Positions 19,249-27,710 of a stretch of 37,710 nucleotides of DNA are shown in pieces. Both the position numbers and the translations under genes were made by a program. A model generated the notes under the pieces. That model worked only from the letters and a program-made list of their open reading frames with translations, was not told where the DNA came from and made no database searches. Origin of the DNA: Thiobacillus sp. (GTDB lineage Bacteria > Pseudomonadota > Gammaproteobacteria > Burkholderiales > Thiobacillaceae); assembly GCA_041750575.1 (NCBI GenBank), contig JBGSZD010000041.1, positions 1-37,710 on the forward strand. The letters are read 5' to 3'. Within the stretch, counting starts at the first letter, position 1, and every line of letters starts with the position of its first letter.

Positions 19249-20204
19249 TGTGGCTCGCGCCTTTGTCTGCTTTTGTCATTTGCTGGTTGGCGCTGGCCGG
19301 GCTGCTGCGACGCGGCAATGGCTTACCGATGGATCATCCTAATGCGCGCTCGCTGCATGCGACGCCGACGCCGCGCATTGGCGGGTTGGGCATCATGACA
19401 GGGGTATTTGTGGCCGCTCTGTGGCTGGTCGATGGGGTGCTGCTGCCGGTGGTGTTGGCGGCATTCGCGCTGGCCGCGGTGTCGGTGCTGGACGATGTGC
19501 GGGGCCTGCCGGTTGCGGTGCGTTTTCTGGCGCATTTCGTTGCGGCGCTGGGTTGTTTGCTGGCGCTAGGGTTAACCGGCTGGGCCTTGTTCCTGGGTAC
19601 GCTGGCGGTGGTGTGGATGACCAATCTGTATAACTTCATGGACGGTGCGGATGGGCTGGCGGGGGGCATGGCCGCAATCGGATTCGGTGCGCTGGCGCTG
19701 GCGGCATGGCTGGGCGATGCGCTGGAATTGGCCGCGTTTTGCGCGGCCATTGCGGCGGCGGCGCTGGCCTTCCTGCGTTTCAATTTCCCACCGGCTCGAG
19801 TGTTCATGGGGGATACTGGGTCGATCCCGTTGGGCTTCCTCGCGGCCGCACTTGGCATCCTGGGAGTGAGACAGAACCTCTGGCCATGGCTGTTCCCACT
19901 GCTGGTGTTCTCGCCGTTCATCGTCGACGCCAGCGTGACGCTCGCGCGGCGTGGTTTACGCGGCGAAAAAATCTGGCAGGCGCATCGCTCGCATTATTAT
20001 CAGCGCGTGGTGTTGCTGGGGGCGTCGCATCGCCAGCTTGCGCTAGCCGCATACGGGCTGATGCTGATGTGCGCGGTGCTGGCATTTTCACTGCTAGCAC
20101 AGCCGCGGCACGACCTGTGGGTGCTTATACTGTCGGTTGCATCCTACCTGTTGATCTTCCTTGCCATCGACCGGCGCTGGCATCGCACCCGCAATGAACA
20201 TTAA
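19245..20204 (+). CDS. wbpL: Undecaprenyl-phosphate HexNAc-1-phosphate transferase (MraY/WecA/WbpL family)
   Basis: RSLHATPTPRIGG, LDD, NLYNFMDGADG, FMGDTGS and AHRSHYYQR motifs; very hydrophobic. Confidence 0.88.
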   Translation: MMWLAPLSAFVICWLALAGLLRRGNGLPMDHPNARSLHATPTPRIGGLGIMTGVFVAALWLVDGVLLPVVLAAFALAAVSVLDDVRGLPVAVRFLAHFVAALGCLLALGLTGWALFLGTLAVVWMTNLYNFMDGADGLAGGMAAIGFGALALAAWLGDALELAAFCAAIAAAALAFLRFNFPPARVFMGDTGSIPLGFLAAALGILGVRQNLWPWLFPLLVFSPFIVDASVTLARRGLRGEKIWQAHRSHYYQRVVLLGASHRQLALAAYGLMLMCAVLAFSLLAQPRHDLWVLILSVASYLLIFLAIDRRWHRTRNEH

Positions 20205-22023
20205 CCCGCGCACCCTCGTCATCATCCTGCACGATATCCTGGCGGCCACCTTCGCCTGGCTGGGTGCGTATTGGCTGCGTTTCAATCTGGCGGTGCCGCC
20301 TGAATTTCAGGCGGCTGCGCTGTCCACGCTGGCCTGGGTGGTGCCACTGCAGGCGCTGGTGTTCTGGCGCTTCGGCCTGTATCGCGGCATCTGGCGATTC
20401 GCCAGTTTGCCCGATCTCAAGCGCATTGTGCTGGCGATCGGGCTGGCGGCGGTGATGATCCCGGTCGTGTTGATCCTGTTCCGCGTCAACGCGGTGGTGC
20501 CGCGCTCGGTGCTGATCCTCGATCCGCTGCTGCTGGTCATTGTCATGGGTGGCAGTCGTCTGGCGTATCGCGCCTGGAAGGAACATCGCCTGGCCAGTGT
20601 CTTGCACCCGGACAGCAAGCCGGTGCTAGTCGCCGGGGCCGGCTCAGCGGCGGATTTTCTGTTGCGCGAACTGGCACGCAACCCAGCCGGGTTTCATGTG
20701 GTGGGCCTGCTGGACGACAGCCGCGACAAGCAGGGACGGTTGGTGCAGGGGATTCCGGTGCTGGGTACGCTGGCGGATGTAGCCGCCTCGGCGAAAAAAA
20801 TGGACGTAGACGATGTCGTGCTGGCCTTGCCGTCGGCCGCGCACGAGGTGCGCAAGCGCATCACCCAGGCCTGCGCCGAAGCCGGGCTGAATGTCATGAC
20901 GATTCCCTCGCTGGAGGATCTGGTGGCGGGCCGGGTTTCGGTATCGAGTCTGCGCCGCATCGAGCTCGACGATCTGCTGGGGCGCGACCCGGTTCAGCTC
21001 GACGACAGCGGTCTGCACCAATTGCTGACTGGGAAGGTGGTGATGGTGACCGGCGCGGGCGGCTCGATCGGTTCGGAGCTGTGCCGCCAGATTGCGCGTT
21101 TTGCGCCGGCAAAGCTGGTGTTGTTCGAGCAGTCCGAGCTTGCCCTTTATGCCATGGAGCAGGAACTGCCGCAGCGTTTCCCCACCATGCCGATTGACCC
21201 GGTGATTGGCGACGTGAAAAACGCGACCTGGGTGAATCAGGTCATGGCCGAGCAGCGCCCCGCCGTCGTGTTCCATGCCGCCGCCTACAAACACGTGCCG
21301 CTGATGGAGAACGCCAATGCGTGGGAAGCGGTGCGTAACAATGTGCTGGGTACGCAAGTGGTTGCCGCCGCCTCTCAGGCAAACGGTGTGGCCAAGTTCG
21401 TGATGATCTCCACCGACAAAGCGGTCAACCCGACCAATGTCATGGGTGCGACCAAGCGGTTGGCGGAGATGGCTTGTCAGGCCATGCAACGGGCGAGTGG
21501 AACGCATTTCGTGTCGGTGCGTTTCGGCAATGTGCTGGGTTCGTCCGGCAGCGTGATCCCCAAGTTCCAGAAACAGATCGAGGCGGGCGGACCGGTGACG
21601 GTGACGCATCCCGACATCACGCGCTTTTTCATGTCGATTCCCGAAGCTGCGCAGCTGGTTTTGCAGGCGGGACTGATGGGTGAGGGGGGCGAGATTTTCG
21701 TGCTGGACATGGGCGAGCCGGTAAAAATTGCCGAGCTGGCCAGGCTCATGATTCGCCTGTCAGGCGCGGACGAAAACCGCATTCACATCGAATACACTGG
21801 CCTGCGCCCCGGTGAAAAACTCTACGAAGAACTACTGGCCGACGATGAATCCACGCTGCCCACCCCGCATCCCAAACTGCGGGTGGCGAAGGCGCGCGCG
21901 GCGGATGCTGGCTGGTATGCCGAATGTCTGGCCTGGCTGGCGCATCCCGATACCTACGACGAAGCGACGGTCAAACGCCAGTTGAAGACCTGGGTGCCGG
22001 AATACCAGCCGGAGTCGATGTGA
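20194..22023 (+). CDS. wbpM: Membrane-bound UDP-GlcNAc 4,6-dehydratase (WbpM/CapD/PglF)
   Basis: Four N-terminal TM segments; TGAGGSIGSEL, HAAAYKHVP, STDKAVNPTNVMGATK and GLRPGEKLYEEL motifs. Confidence 0.93.
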   Translation: MNINPRTLVIILHDILAATFAWLGAYWLRFNLAVPPEFQAAALSTLAWVVPLQALVFWRFGLYRGIWRFASLPDLKRIVLAIGLAAVMIPVVLILFRVNAVVPRSVLILDPLLLVIVMGGSRLAYRAWKEHRLASVLHPDSKPVLVAGAGSAADFLLRELARNPAGFHVVGLLDDSRDKQGRLVQGIPVLGTLADVAASAKKMDVDDVVLALPSAAHEVRKRITQACAEAGLNVMTIPSLEDLVAGRVSVSSLRRIELDDLLGRDPVQLDDSGLHQLLTGKVVMVTGAGGSIGSELCRQIARFAPAKLVLFEQSELALYAMEQELPQRFPTMPIDPVIGDVKNATWVNQVMAEQRPAVVFHAAAYKHVPLMENANAWEAVRNNVLGTQVVAAASQANGVAKFVMISTDKAVNPTNVMGATKRLAEMACQAMQRASGTHFVSVRFGNVLGSSGSVIPKFQKQIEAGGPVTVTHPDITRFFMSIPEAAQLVLQAGLMGEGGEIFVLDMGEPVKIAELARLMIRLSGADENRIHIEYTGLRPGEKLYEELLADDESTLPTPHPKLRVAKARAADAGWYAECLAWLAHPDTYDEATVKRQLKTWVPEYQPESM

Positions 22024-22060
22024 GCAGTTTCGACTTCGTTTTCCCGAAACGAACCGTATC

Positions 22061-23119
22061 GTGAGCAGCCCCCGTGTGCGCGTCAAGGTGATCACCGGCT
22101 TGCCGGTCAGCACCTGGCTGCATCAGTTTCCCCATGGCGAGCCGGTGTGGGGCGATTGCGAGTTTGTGTTTGACCGCGCGACGACTGATTACGACTGGCT
22201 GCTGGTGTACGACGACGTGCCCGCCCGCCCGGGTGAGAACAAGAAAACCAGCCATGAAACGCTGGCTTGCCCGCGTGCGCACACCCTGCTGGTGACTACC
22301 GAACCGTCGTCGGTCAAGATTTACGGCAACGATTTCACCCGCCAGTTCGGCGCAGTGTTGACCAGCCAGCCGGCGTGGGCGCTGCCGCATCCGCAGCGGA
22401 TTTTTTCGCAGCCCGCGCTGCACTGGTTTTATGGCTTGGGCAGCCGCGAGATCGTGCCGTTCGACGACATGCTCGCGCATCCGCCAATGGACAAAAGCTG
22501 TGATGTGTCGATGGTGTATTCGCCCAAGGCGATGCGCCACACGCTGCACCATCACCGCGCCCGCTTCATGCGCTGGCTGGTCGAGCATATGCCCGAGCTG
22601 GAACTGTTTGGCCGCCACACGTCGCGGCCGCTGGACGACAAGGCCGACTGCCTGCGCGACTACCGTTACCACATTGCGATCGAGAATTTTATCGGCGAGC
22701 ACCACTGGACCGAGAAGCTCGCCGATTCGTTTCTGGGACTGTCGCTGCCTTTTTACTATGGCTGCCCCAACGCGGAGGCGTATTTCCCGGCCGAGAGTTT
22801 TATCCGCATCGACATCCACGATCCGGCCGGCGCGCTGAATATCATTCGCACGGCGATTGCCAACAAGGAATACGAGAAACGCCTGCCCGCGCTGATCCAA
22901 GCCCGACGTCGCGTCATGTTCGAACACAACCTGTTTGCCGTGGCCGCGCGCGAAATTGCGCGATTGCATTGGGGCGATGCGAGAATCGAACCAGGCGCGG
23001 CGATTCTGTCGCGTCGCGCCATGCGCCTGTCGAGTCCGGCGGTGGCACTACGCGATGTGTACGGCAAGTTGCGCGGCCGCCTGCTGCATCTGCCCGGCGC
23101 GATCAGCGGCAGGTCCTAG
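22061..23119 (+). CDS. Glycosyltransferase family 10-like (alpha-1,3-fucosyltransferase motif)
   Basis: YRYHIAIEN..HHWTEKLADSF..PFYYGCPN..FP..SFI matches the GT10 signature region. Confidence 0.78.
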   Translation: MSSPRVRVKVITGLPVSTWLHQFPHGEPVWGDCEFVFDRATTDYDWLLVYDDVPARPGENKKTSHETLACPRAHTLLVTTEPSSVKIYGNDFTRQFGAVLTSQPAWALPHPQRIFSQPALHWFYGLGSREIVPFDDMLAHPPMDKSCDVSMVYSPKAMRHTLHHHRARFMRWLVEHMPELELFGRHTSRPLDDKADCLRDYRYHIAIENFIGEHHWTEKLADSFLGLSLPFYYGCPNAEAYFPAESFIRIDIHDPAGALNIIRTAIANKEYEKRLPALIQARRRVMFEHNLFAVAAREIARLHWGDARIEPGAAILSRRAMRLSSPAVALRDVYGKLRGRLLHLPGAISGRS

Positions 23120-23122
23120 CGA

Positions 23123-24262
23123 TCAGCGGCGCGGTGTGCGCGCCAACTGCGCATACAGCGCCAGTGTCTGCTCCAGCATGGCCTTCAGGGGGAAGAGGTC
23201 GCCTGTGGGCACCGCCTCGGGCTGTTGCAGCAGCTGTGCGATGCGCTGGGCAGTTTCGTCGATTTTGTTAAGCGGCAACAGCCCGGCCGGGTAGATGACG
23301 CGCAGGATTTCACCGACGCCGCCATAGTCGTAGCCGGCCGTCGGCACGCCCAGTCGCAGCGCCTCCAGCGTGGTGCGGCCGAACGATTCTGGCTGGGTGG
23401 AAAGCGACAACACCAGGCTGGAGATTGCCAGGATGTTTTTCAGATCGTCGCGCTGCCCGGTGAAGCTGATATCGGATTCCAGCCCTAAGCTGCGCACGCG
23501 ATAGCGCAGCTTCTGCAAGTAGCGCTGCTTGGAAGCGGAGGCGCCGCCGACGATCAATCCATGCACGGACACGCCACGGCGCTTCAGCCGTGCAATGATT
23601 TCGAGGAAGTCTTCGTGTCCCTTGAGCCGGGTGATGCGGCCGGGCAGGGTGAGCAGCGGCTTGCCGGCGGCGAGCGGAAATTGCGTGAAAAACACCTGCT
23701 GCCAGGCCGGATCGGGTTTCCAGCCATGCGGATAGACGTGTCCATCGACCCCGCGATGAATGACCTGGATGCGCCACGGCAGGGTGTCGGGATAGGCGCG
23801 CAGGATGTAATCGCGCACGGTATCGGATACCGCGATCACCCGCTCGCCCTGTGCCATGATGCGGCTGTAGCGATTGACGCCATACAGGCCATGCACCGTG
23901 GTGACGAAACGCGGGCGCGTGGAAGGGTTCATGCCGCGCCAGGCCAGCCAGGCGATCCATGCCGGCACACGCGAACGCGCGTGGATGATGTCCACTTTAT
24001 GTTCGAGCAAAAAACGCCGTAACTTGCCGACGAGCAGCAGTGTCTTGAAGGATTTTTTGCCGATCGGCCAGGTGAAGTGCTTGGCGCCGCATTCGGTCAG
24101 CGGCTTGACCATGCGCCCGCCCGCCGACATCACCAGGGCACGGTGTCCGTGCCGTACCAGCGCGTGAGCGACTTCGAGCGTGCCGCGTTCCACCCCGCCG
24201 GATTCCAGCGCGGGCAACAGTTGCAGGACGGTCAGTTTTTCTTTTTCTCTCTCTTGAGCCAT
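23123..24262 (-). CDS. Glycosyltransferase family 4; true start probably ATG at 24262, not 24694
   Basis: LQLLPALESGGVERG, HARSRVPAW, GRITRLKGH and ESFGRTTLEA motifs; the upstream extension of the ORF overlaps the next gene. Confidence 0.9.
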   Translation of the reverse strand: MAQEREKEKLTVLQLLPALESGGVERGTLEVAHALVRHGHRALVMSAGGRMVKPLTECGAKHFTWPIGKKSFKTLLLVGKLRRFLLEHKVDIIHARSRVPAWIAWLAWRGMNPSTRPRFVTTVHGLYGVNRYSRIMAQGERVIAVSDTVRDYILRAYPDTLPWRIQVIHRGVDGHVYPHGWKPDPAWQQVFFTQFPLAAGKPLLTLPGRITRLKGHEDFLEIIARLKRRGVSVHGLIVGGASASKQRYLQKLRYRVRSLGLESDISFTGQRDDLKNILAISSLVLSLSTQPESFGRTTLEALRLGVPTAGYDYGGVGEILRVIYPAGLLPLNKIDETAQRIAQLLQQPEAVPTGDLFPLKAMLEQTLALYAQLARTPRR

Positions 24263-25182
24263 TCCAGAATCCAGTGTGCGCAGCGGTCGGCCTCGGCCAG
24301 CGGGTGCGTATTGGGGTGCAGCGCGCCGTGCGCGCACCAGTTTACAAAGCGGGTGACGCGCTGTGCGTCGGCGAGATGGGCGATGGCCCGGCCCACGCGG
24401 CTTGTCGGGTTGACCGGCAGGTCGAACACGCCGACAGCCGCACCCGCCGTCAGCGCTTCGTACACCATCGATGCGCTGTCCGGCGTCACCCACACGGTAC
24501 CGCTTTGCGCGAGCTGGGCCGGCAGCCAGTCGGGTGACGTGGCGGTGTGGGGGACGACAGCGAGATTGGGGGCGGGCGGCAGCTGCGCCAGAAAATCGGC
24601 CGGGGTGCGACGCGAGGTGGCGAGCGTCCAGCGTGTTTCCGGAGTGCGCGCAAGAATGCTCTTGATCTGAACCTGCACTGCATCGCTGTCCCACTCGAAA
24701 TGCGGCGAGACGCCGCCGATCAGAATCAGGCCCAACCTGGGATCCAGGGTGTTCGACGAACGGATGCGATTCAACGCGCCTTCGGTTACCAGAGTGTGCG
24801 TATCCGTCGCCACCCCGTCATGCGCCGGCAGAATGCAGAGATCGAATCGTGCGCGCGGCACGCTGGGATTCATCAGCACAATGCTGCGTCCGCCGCATGC
24901 GCGCCGCGCAGCCAGCAGGGTGAGATGGGTTGCGTGCCCTGCGCCGATGATCAGGTCAGGCGCGGGGAGAGAGGAATACGGCGCGCGCTTGAGCAGCAGC
25001 GCCAGCCAGGCACGCCAGATCGACAACGCAGACAGGCGATACGCTTCGGTTGGCATAGCCCGCGACAACGCCTCGGCCAAACCAAGCGACTGGTTCATGT
25101 GCCCCGGCTTGCCATCGACGACCATCCAGATAATCAGCGGACGCATCGCAGCCGATTCAGGCTGTGTCGTCATGGGCGGCAT
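24232..25182 (-). CDS. ELM1/GtrOC1 family protein (putative GT-B fold)
   Basis: DGKPGHMNQSLGLAEAL, PDLIIGAG, ILPAHD, LIGG, TSRRTP and VTPDSASMVYEA motifs of the ELM1 family. Confidence 0.83.
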   Translation of the reverse strand: MPPMTTQPESAAMRPLIIWMVVDGKPGHMNQSLGLAEALSRAMPTEAYRLSALSIWRAWLALLLKRAPYSSLPAPDLIIGAGHATHLTLLAARRACGGRSIVLMNPSVPRARFDLCILPAHDGVATDTHTLVTEGALNRIRSSNTLDPRLGLILIGGVSPHFEWDSDAVQVQIKSILARTPETRWTLATSRRTPADFLAQLPPAPNLAVVPHTATSPDWLPAQLAQSGTVWVTPDSASMVYEALTAGAAVGVFDLPVNPTSRVGRAIAHLADAQRVTRFVNWCAHGALHPNTHPLAEADRCAHWILEWLKREKKKN

Positions 25183-25271
25183 GCCGGGAGAGGGGGCAAG
25201 GCATTCAGGTATGGAACGGATTGAATTGTCGCGAAGTGTAAATCATCTCGCACAGTCCTGGCCCGGCAAGT

Positions 25272-26369
25272 TCAGGGATGATCAGCCCAACTGCGCGTCA
25301 GTGTCGCCTCCCAGCTGTAGGGGGCGGGCTCGATCGCAGGCGTCTTGCCCTCCATCAGGTCGACCAGCAGCTCCGCCGATGCAGGCGCCATCGTCACCCC
25401 ATAGCGGTAATGCCCGGTATTGACGAACACATTGTCAAAATCCGGATGGCGGTCGATGACGGGAATGTTGTCGGGCGAACCCGGCCGCAGCCCGGCCCAG
25501 TGCCGGACCGGCTGGGCCGAGGCCAACGCGGGCAACAACTCGGCGGCTTCGTTATGCAGCCGCTGGCGGGTTGCCTCGTCGGTCGACTTGTCGAATCCGA
25601 CATCCTCCAGCGTGCTGCCCACCAGAATATGGCCGTCAAGGCGCGGGATCAGGTATAGCCCGTTGCGGAACAGAATCGTATCCAGAACACCACATGCGAG
25701 CTTGAAAAGAAGCATTTGACCGCGTATTGGACGGATGTTCGGTGCACCGGGACATCCGTCCATGCCTAGTCCTGACCAGGCGCCCATGGCCAATACAACC
25801 TGGTCGACCCGGATGTCGCCCGTATATGTTGAAACTGATTGCAGATGACCTTCCCGACGTTGCATCCGTAAGGCCGAAGTGTTTTCGATGATTTCGCCCC
25901 CGCGACTTTTGACTGCGGAAGCCAGCGCACTGATCAGTCTGGGATTTCTGACTTGCGCGATGCTCGGGAGCCATAGCGAAGCGCGATGATCCGGAGACAG
26001 GTCTATCGACTCGGCAGCGAGGTGGGCTTCGACCTGATGTGCGACACACCAGTCGATAGCCTTTTCCGGAGAGTCAACATCCATTACCCGCATGCCGCAC
26101 TGCCAGTATTCAGTTGGCAAGCCTGAACAGTCCTCGATGTCCGCAGCCCAGTCCGCATACATGGCCATGGCCTGCAACGCGATTGTGGATACGGATTCGC
26201 TGTATCCCCATGGCAACAGTGGGGAGAGAATGCCTCCGCCCGCCCATGAAGACTCGCGACCGGCCGTCACGCGTTCGAGCAGGGTGACTCGATACCCTCG
26301 TTGCAGCAGGGCATACGCAGTGCTCAGGCCAGTTATGCCCGCGCCGACGATTAGGACGTGAGTCTTCAA
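25272..26369 (-). CDS. thiO: Glycine oxidase ThiO / D-amino acid oxidase family flavoprotein
   Basis: GAGITG (FAD binding), SWAGGGILSPL, VRNPRL, PIRGQM, WAGLRPG and GHYRYG motifs; same position as the oxidase beside fimT in Pseudomonas. Confidence 0.85.
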   Translation of the reverse strand: MKTHVLIVGAGITGLSTAYALLQRGYRVTLLERVTAGRESSWAGGGILSPLLPWGYSESVSTIALQAMAMYADWAADIEDCSGLPTEYWQCGMRVMDVDSPEKAIDWCVAHQVEAHLAAESIDLSPDHRASLWLPSIAQVRNPRLISALASAVKSRGGEIIENTSALRMQRREGHLQSVSTYTGDIRVDQVVLAMGAWSGLGMDGCPGAPNIRPIRGQMLLFKLACGVLDTILFRNGLYLIPRLDGHILVGSTLEDVGFDKSTDEATRQRLHNEAAELLPALASAQPVRHWAGLRPGSPDNIPVIDRHPDFDNVFVNTGHYRYGVTMAPASAELLVDLMEGKTPAIEPAPYSWEATLTRSWADHP

Positions 26370-26404
26370 TTTCCCGAGACTCCTCCGGCAAAAGGCCCGT
26401 TGCC

Positions 26405-26420
26405 TACGACTAAAGTTGTA
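26405..26420. promoter_or_regulatory. Putative palindromic regulator site TACGACTAAAGTTGTA in the divergent thiO/fimT intergenic region
   Basis: Near-perfect dyad; 13/16 identical to the site at 29627-29642. Confidence 0.45.
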
Positions 26421-26483
26421 TTTTCAAATTCCGCATAACGTGGGAATCTCGCCGGATCCTTAAAAAGAGTGGGGGAGAAGGCT

Positions 26484-27005
26484 ATGCGGCAAAAGGGGCT
26501 AACGCTGGTCGAGTTGATGGTGGTGATGAGCATAGTTGCAATTTTATTGGCGATCGTTGTGCCAAGCTACGCCTATTTTTCCACCATCAACCGGCTTGCT
26601 GCATTGACGAACGGATTGGCCGGCGCTTTTCAAACTGCGCGTTCGGAAGCGATACGGCGCGCGTTGCGCGTCAGCGTATGCAAGAGCAAGACGGCGATGA
26701 GTACGTCTCCGGGTTGCGATTCGGGTGCGAAATGGTCGGACGGCTGGGTGATTTTCGTCGATGGAGGCACGAAGGGGGTGCTGGATGGGAGTGACCAGGT
26801 ATTGCGCGTGGCGGATGCGCAATCGACCAAGGCAACCGTCAGTACAACGAATTTCACAACCTACGTCAGCTATCTGCCAAGTGGCCAGAGCCAGGGCCCA
26901 AGCGGGCTCGGAAACGGCAGGATCAGCCTATGCCTTATGGGAGAAAGCCGTAGCCTGATCATCAACAACACCGGTCGCATTCGCGTCAGCCAGGGTGGCT
27001 GCTGA
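26484..27005 (+). CDS. fimT: Type IV minor pilin, FimT/GspH family
   Basis: Prepilin cleavage site G/LTLVELMVV; ARSEAIRR; WSDGWVIFVD; GRIR; GGAG RBS upstream. Confidence 0.9.
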   Translation: MRQKGLTLVELMVVMSIVAILLAIVVPSYAYFSTINRLAALTNGLAGAFQTARSEAIRRALRVSVCKSKTAMSTSPGCDSGAKWSDGWVIFVDGGTKGVLDGSDQVLRVADAQSTKATVSTTNFTTYVSYLPSGQSQGPSGLGNGRISLCLMGESRSLIINNTGRIRVSQGGC

Positions 27006-27050
27006 ATCGGGCTTTAGAAAACCATGGATTAAGCCGATAAAGCGTTTGGA

Positions 27051-27101
27051 GCGTTCTGCAGACAGGTTTTGCCGCTCGTAAGCAGATAACCCCCACTCGT
27101 C
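27051..27101 (+). promoter_or_regulatory. Putative AlgR/LytTR-type direct repeats upstream of fimU
   Basis: 9-mers GCGTTCTGC (27051), CCGCTCGTA (27072) and CCACTCGTC (27093) at exact 21-bp spacing, resembling the AlgR core CCGTTCGTC. Confidence 0.5.
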
Positions 27102-27146
27102 CAGTCGCGCTGGACATTGCCCATCGGGCGCTACTAAGGTAACTCC

Positions 27147-27710
27147 ATGGAAAAATATCAGAACAATTCGTCGATTGGCTGGGAACCCCGGGGGCGCGGT
27201 TTCACACTGATCGAGCTCGTGGTGACCCTCGCCGTGCTGGCGATCGTTCTGGCGATAGCCATTCCCAGCTTTCAGGACTTCTTGCGCCGGAACCGGGTGG
27301 CCGCCGAGACCAACAACCTGACCTCGGCGCTGGCGCTTGCCCGTTCCGAGGCGGTCAAGCTTGCGCAGCGCGTCACCGTATGCGGGGTGGCCGATCCCAG
27401 TGCGGAAACCCCAGCTTGTGCGGACGATTCATGGTCTTCTGGATGGATCGTCTTCGTCGATACCGGAGACGTGGGCGATGCAACGGGAGACACCATATTG
27501 AGAGTGCAGCAGCCCAACGCGGCGGATGCCCCCGACATCACGCCCGATGACAATTTTTCCACCTATATCAGCTACCTGCCTTCGGGCGTCAGCCTCGGCG
27601 ATGGTGGGGCGGCCAGCGGCACGTTCGGTCTGTGCATCGATTCCGAATCGCGTGAGGTCGATGTCGGCCCAACCGGACGCATCAGCATCTCCAACGGGGC
27701 CTGCCCATGA
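27147..27710 (+). CDS. fimU: Type IV minor pilin, FimU/FimT family
   Basis: G/FTLIELVVTL; ARSEAVK; WSSGWIVFVD; directly precedes pilV. Confidence 0.88.
   Translation: MEKYQNNSSIGWEPRGRGFTLIELVVTLAVLAIVLAIAIPSFQDFLRRNRVAAETNNLTSALALARSEAVKLAQRVTVCGVADPSAETPACADDSWSSGWIVFVDTGDVGDATGDTILRVQQPNAADAPDITPDDNFSTYISYLPSGVSLGDGGAASGTFGLCIDSESREVDVGPTGRISISNGACP

Noticed and set aside
24263-24694. Apparent 144-aa N-terminal extension of the GT4 ORF
   Set aside because: It lies in an alternate frame of the ELM1-family gene; GT4 similarity starts just after the ATG at 24262
26370-26483. Small hairpins in the thiO/fimT gap as a possible TPP or c-di-GMP riboswitch
   Set aside because: No TPP core (CTGAGA) and no GEMM GGCAAA..GAAA..GACGCAAAGC architecture on either strand
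27006-27038. Inverted repeat ATCGGGCTT...AAGCCGAT after the fimT stop as a possible terminator
   Set aside because: Bulged stem, 16-nt loop and no downstream U-tract on the plus strand
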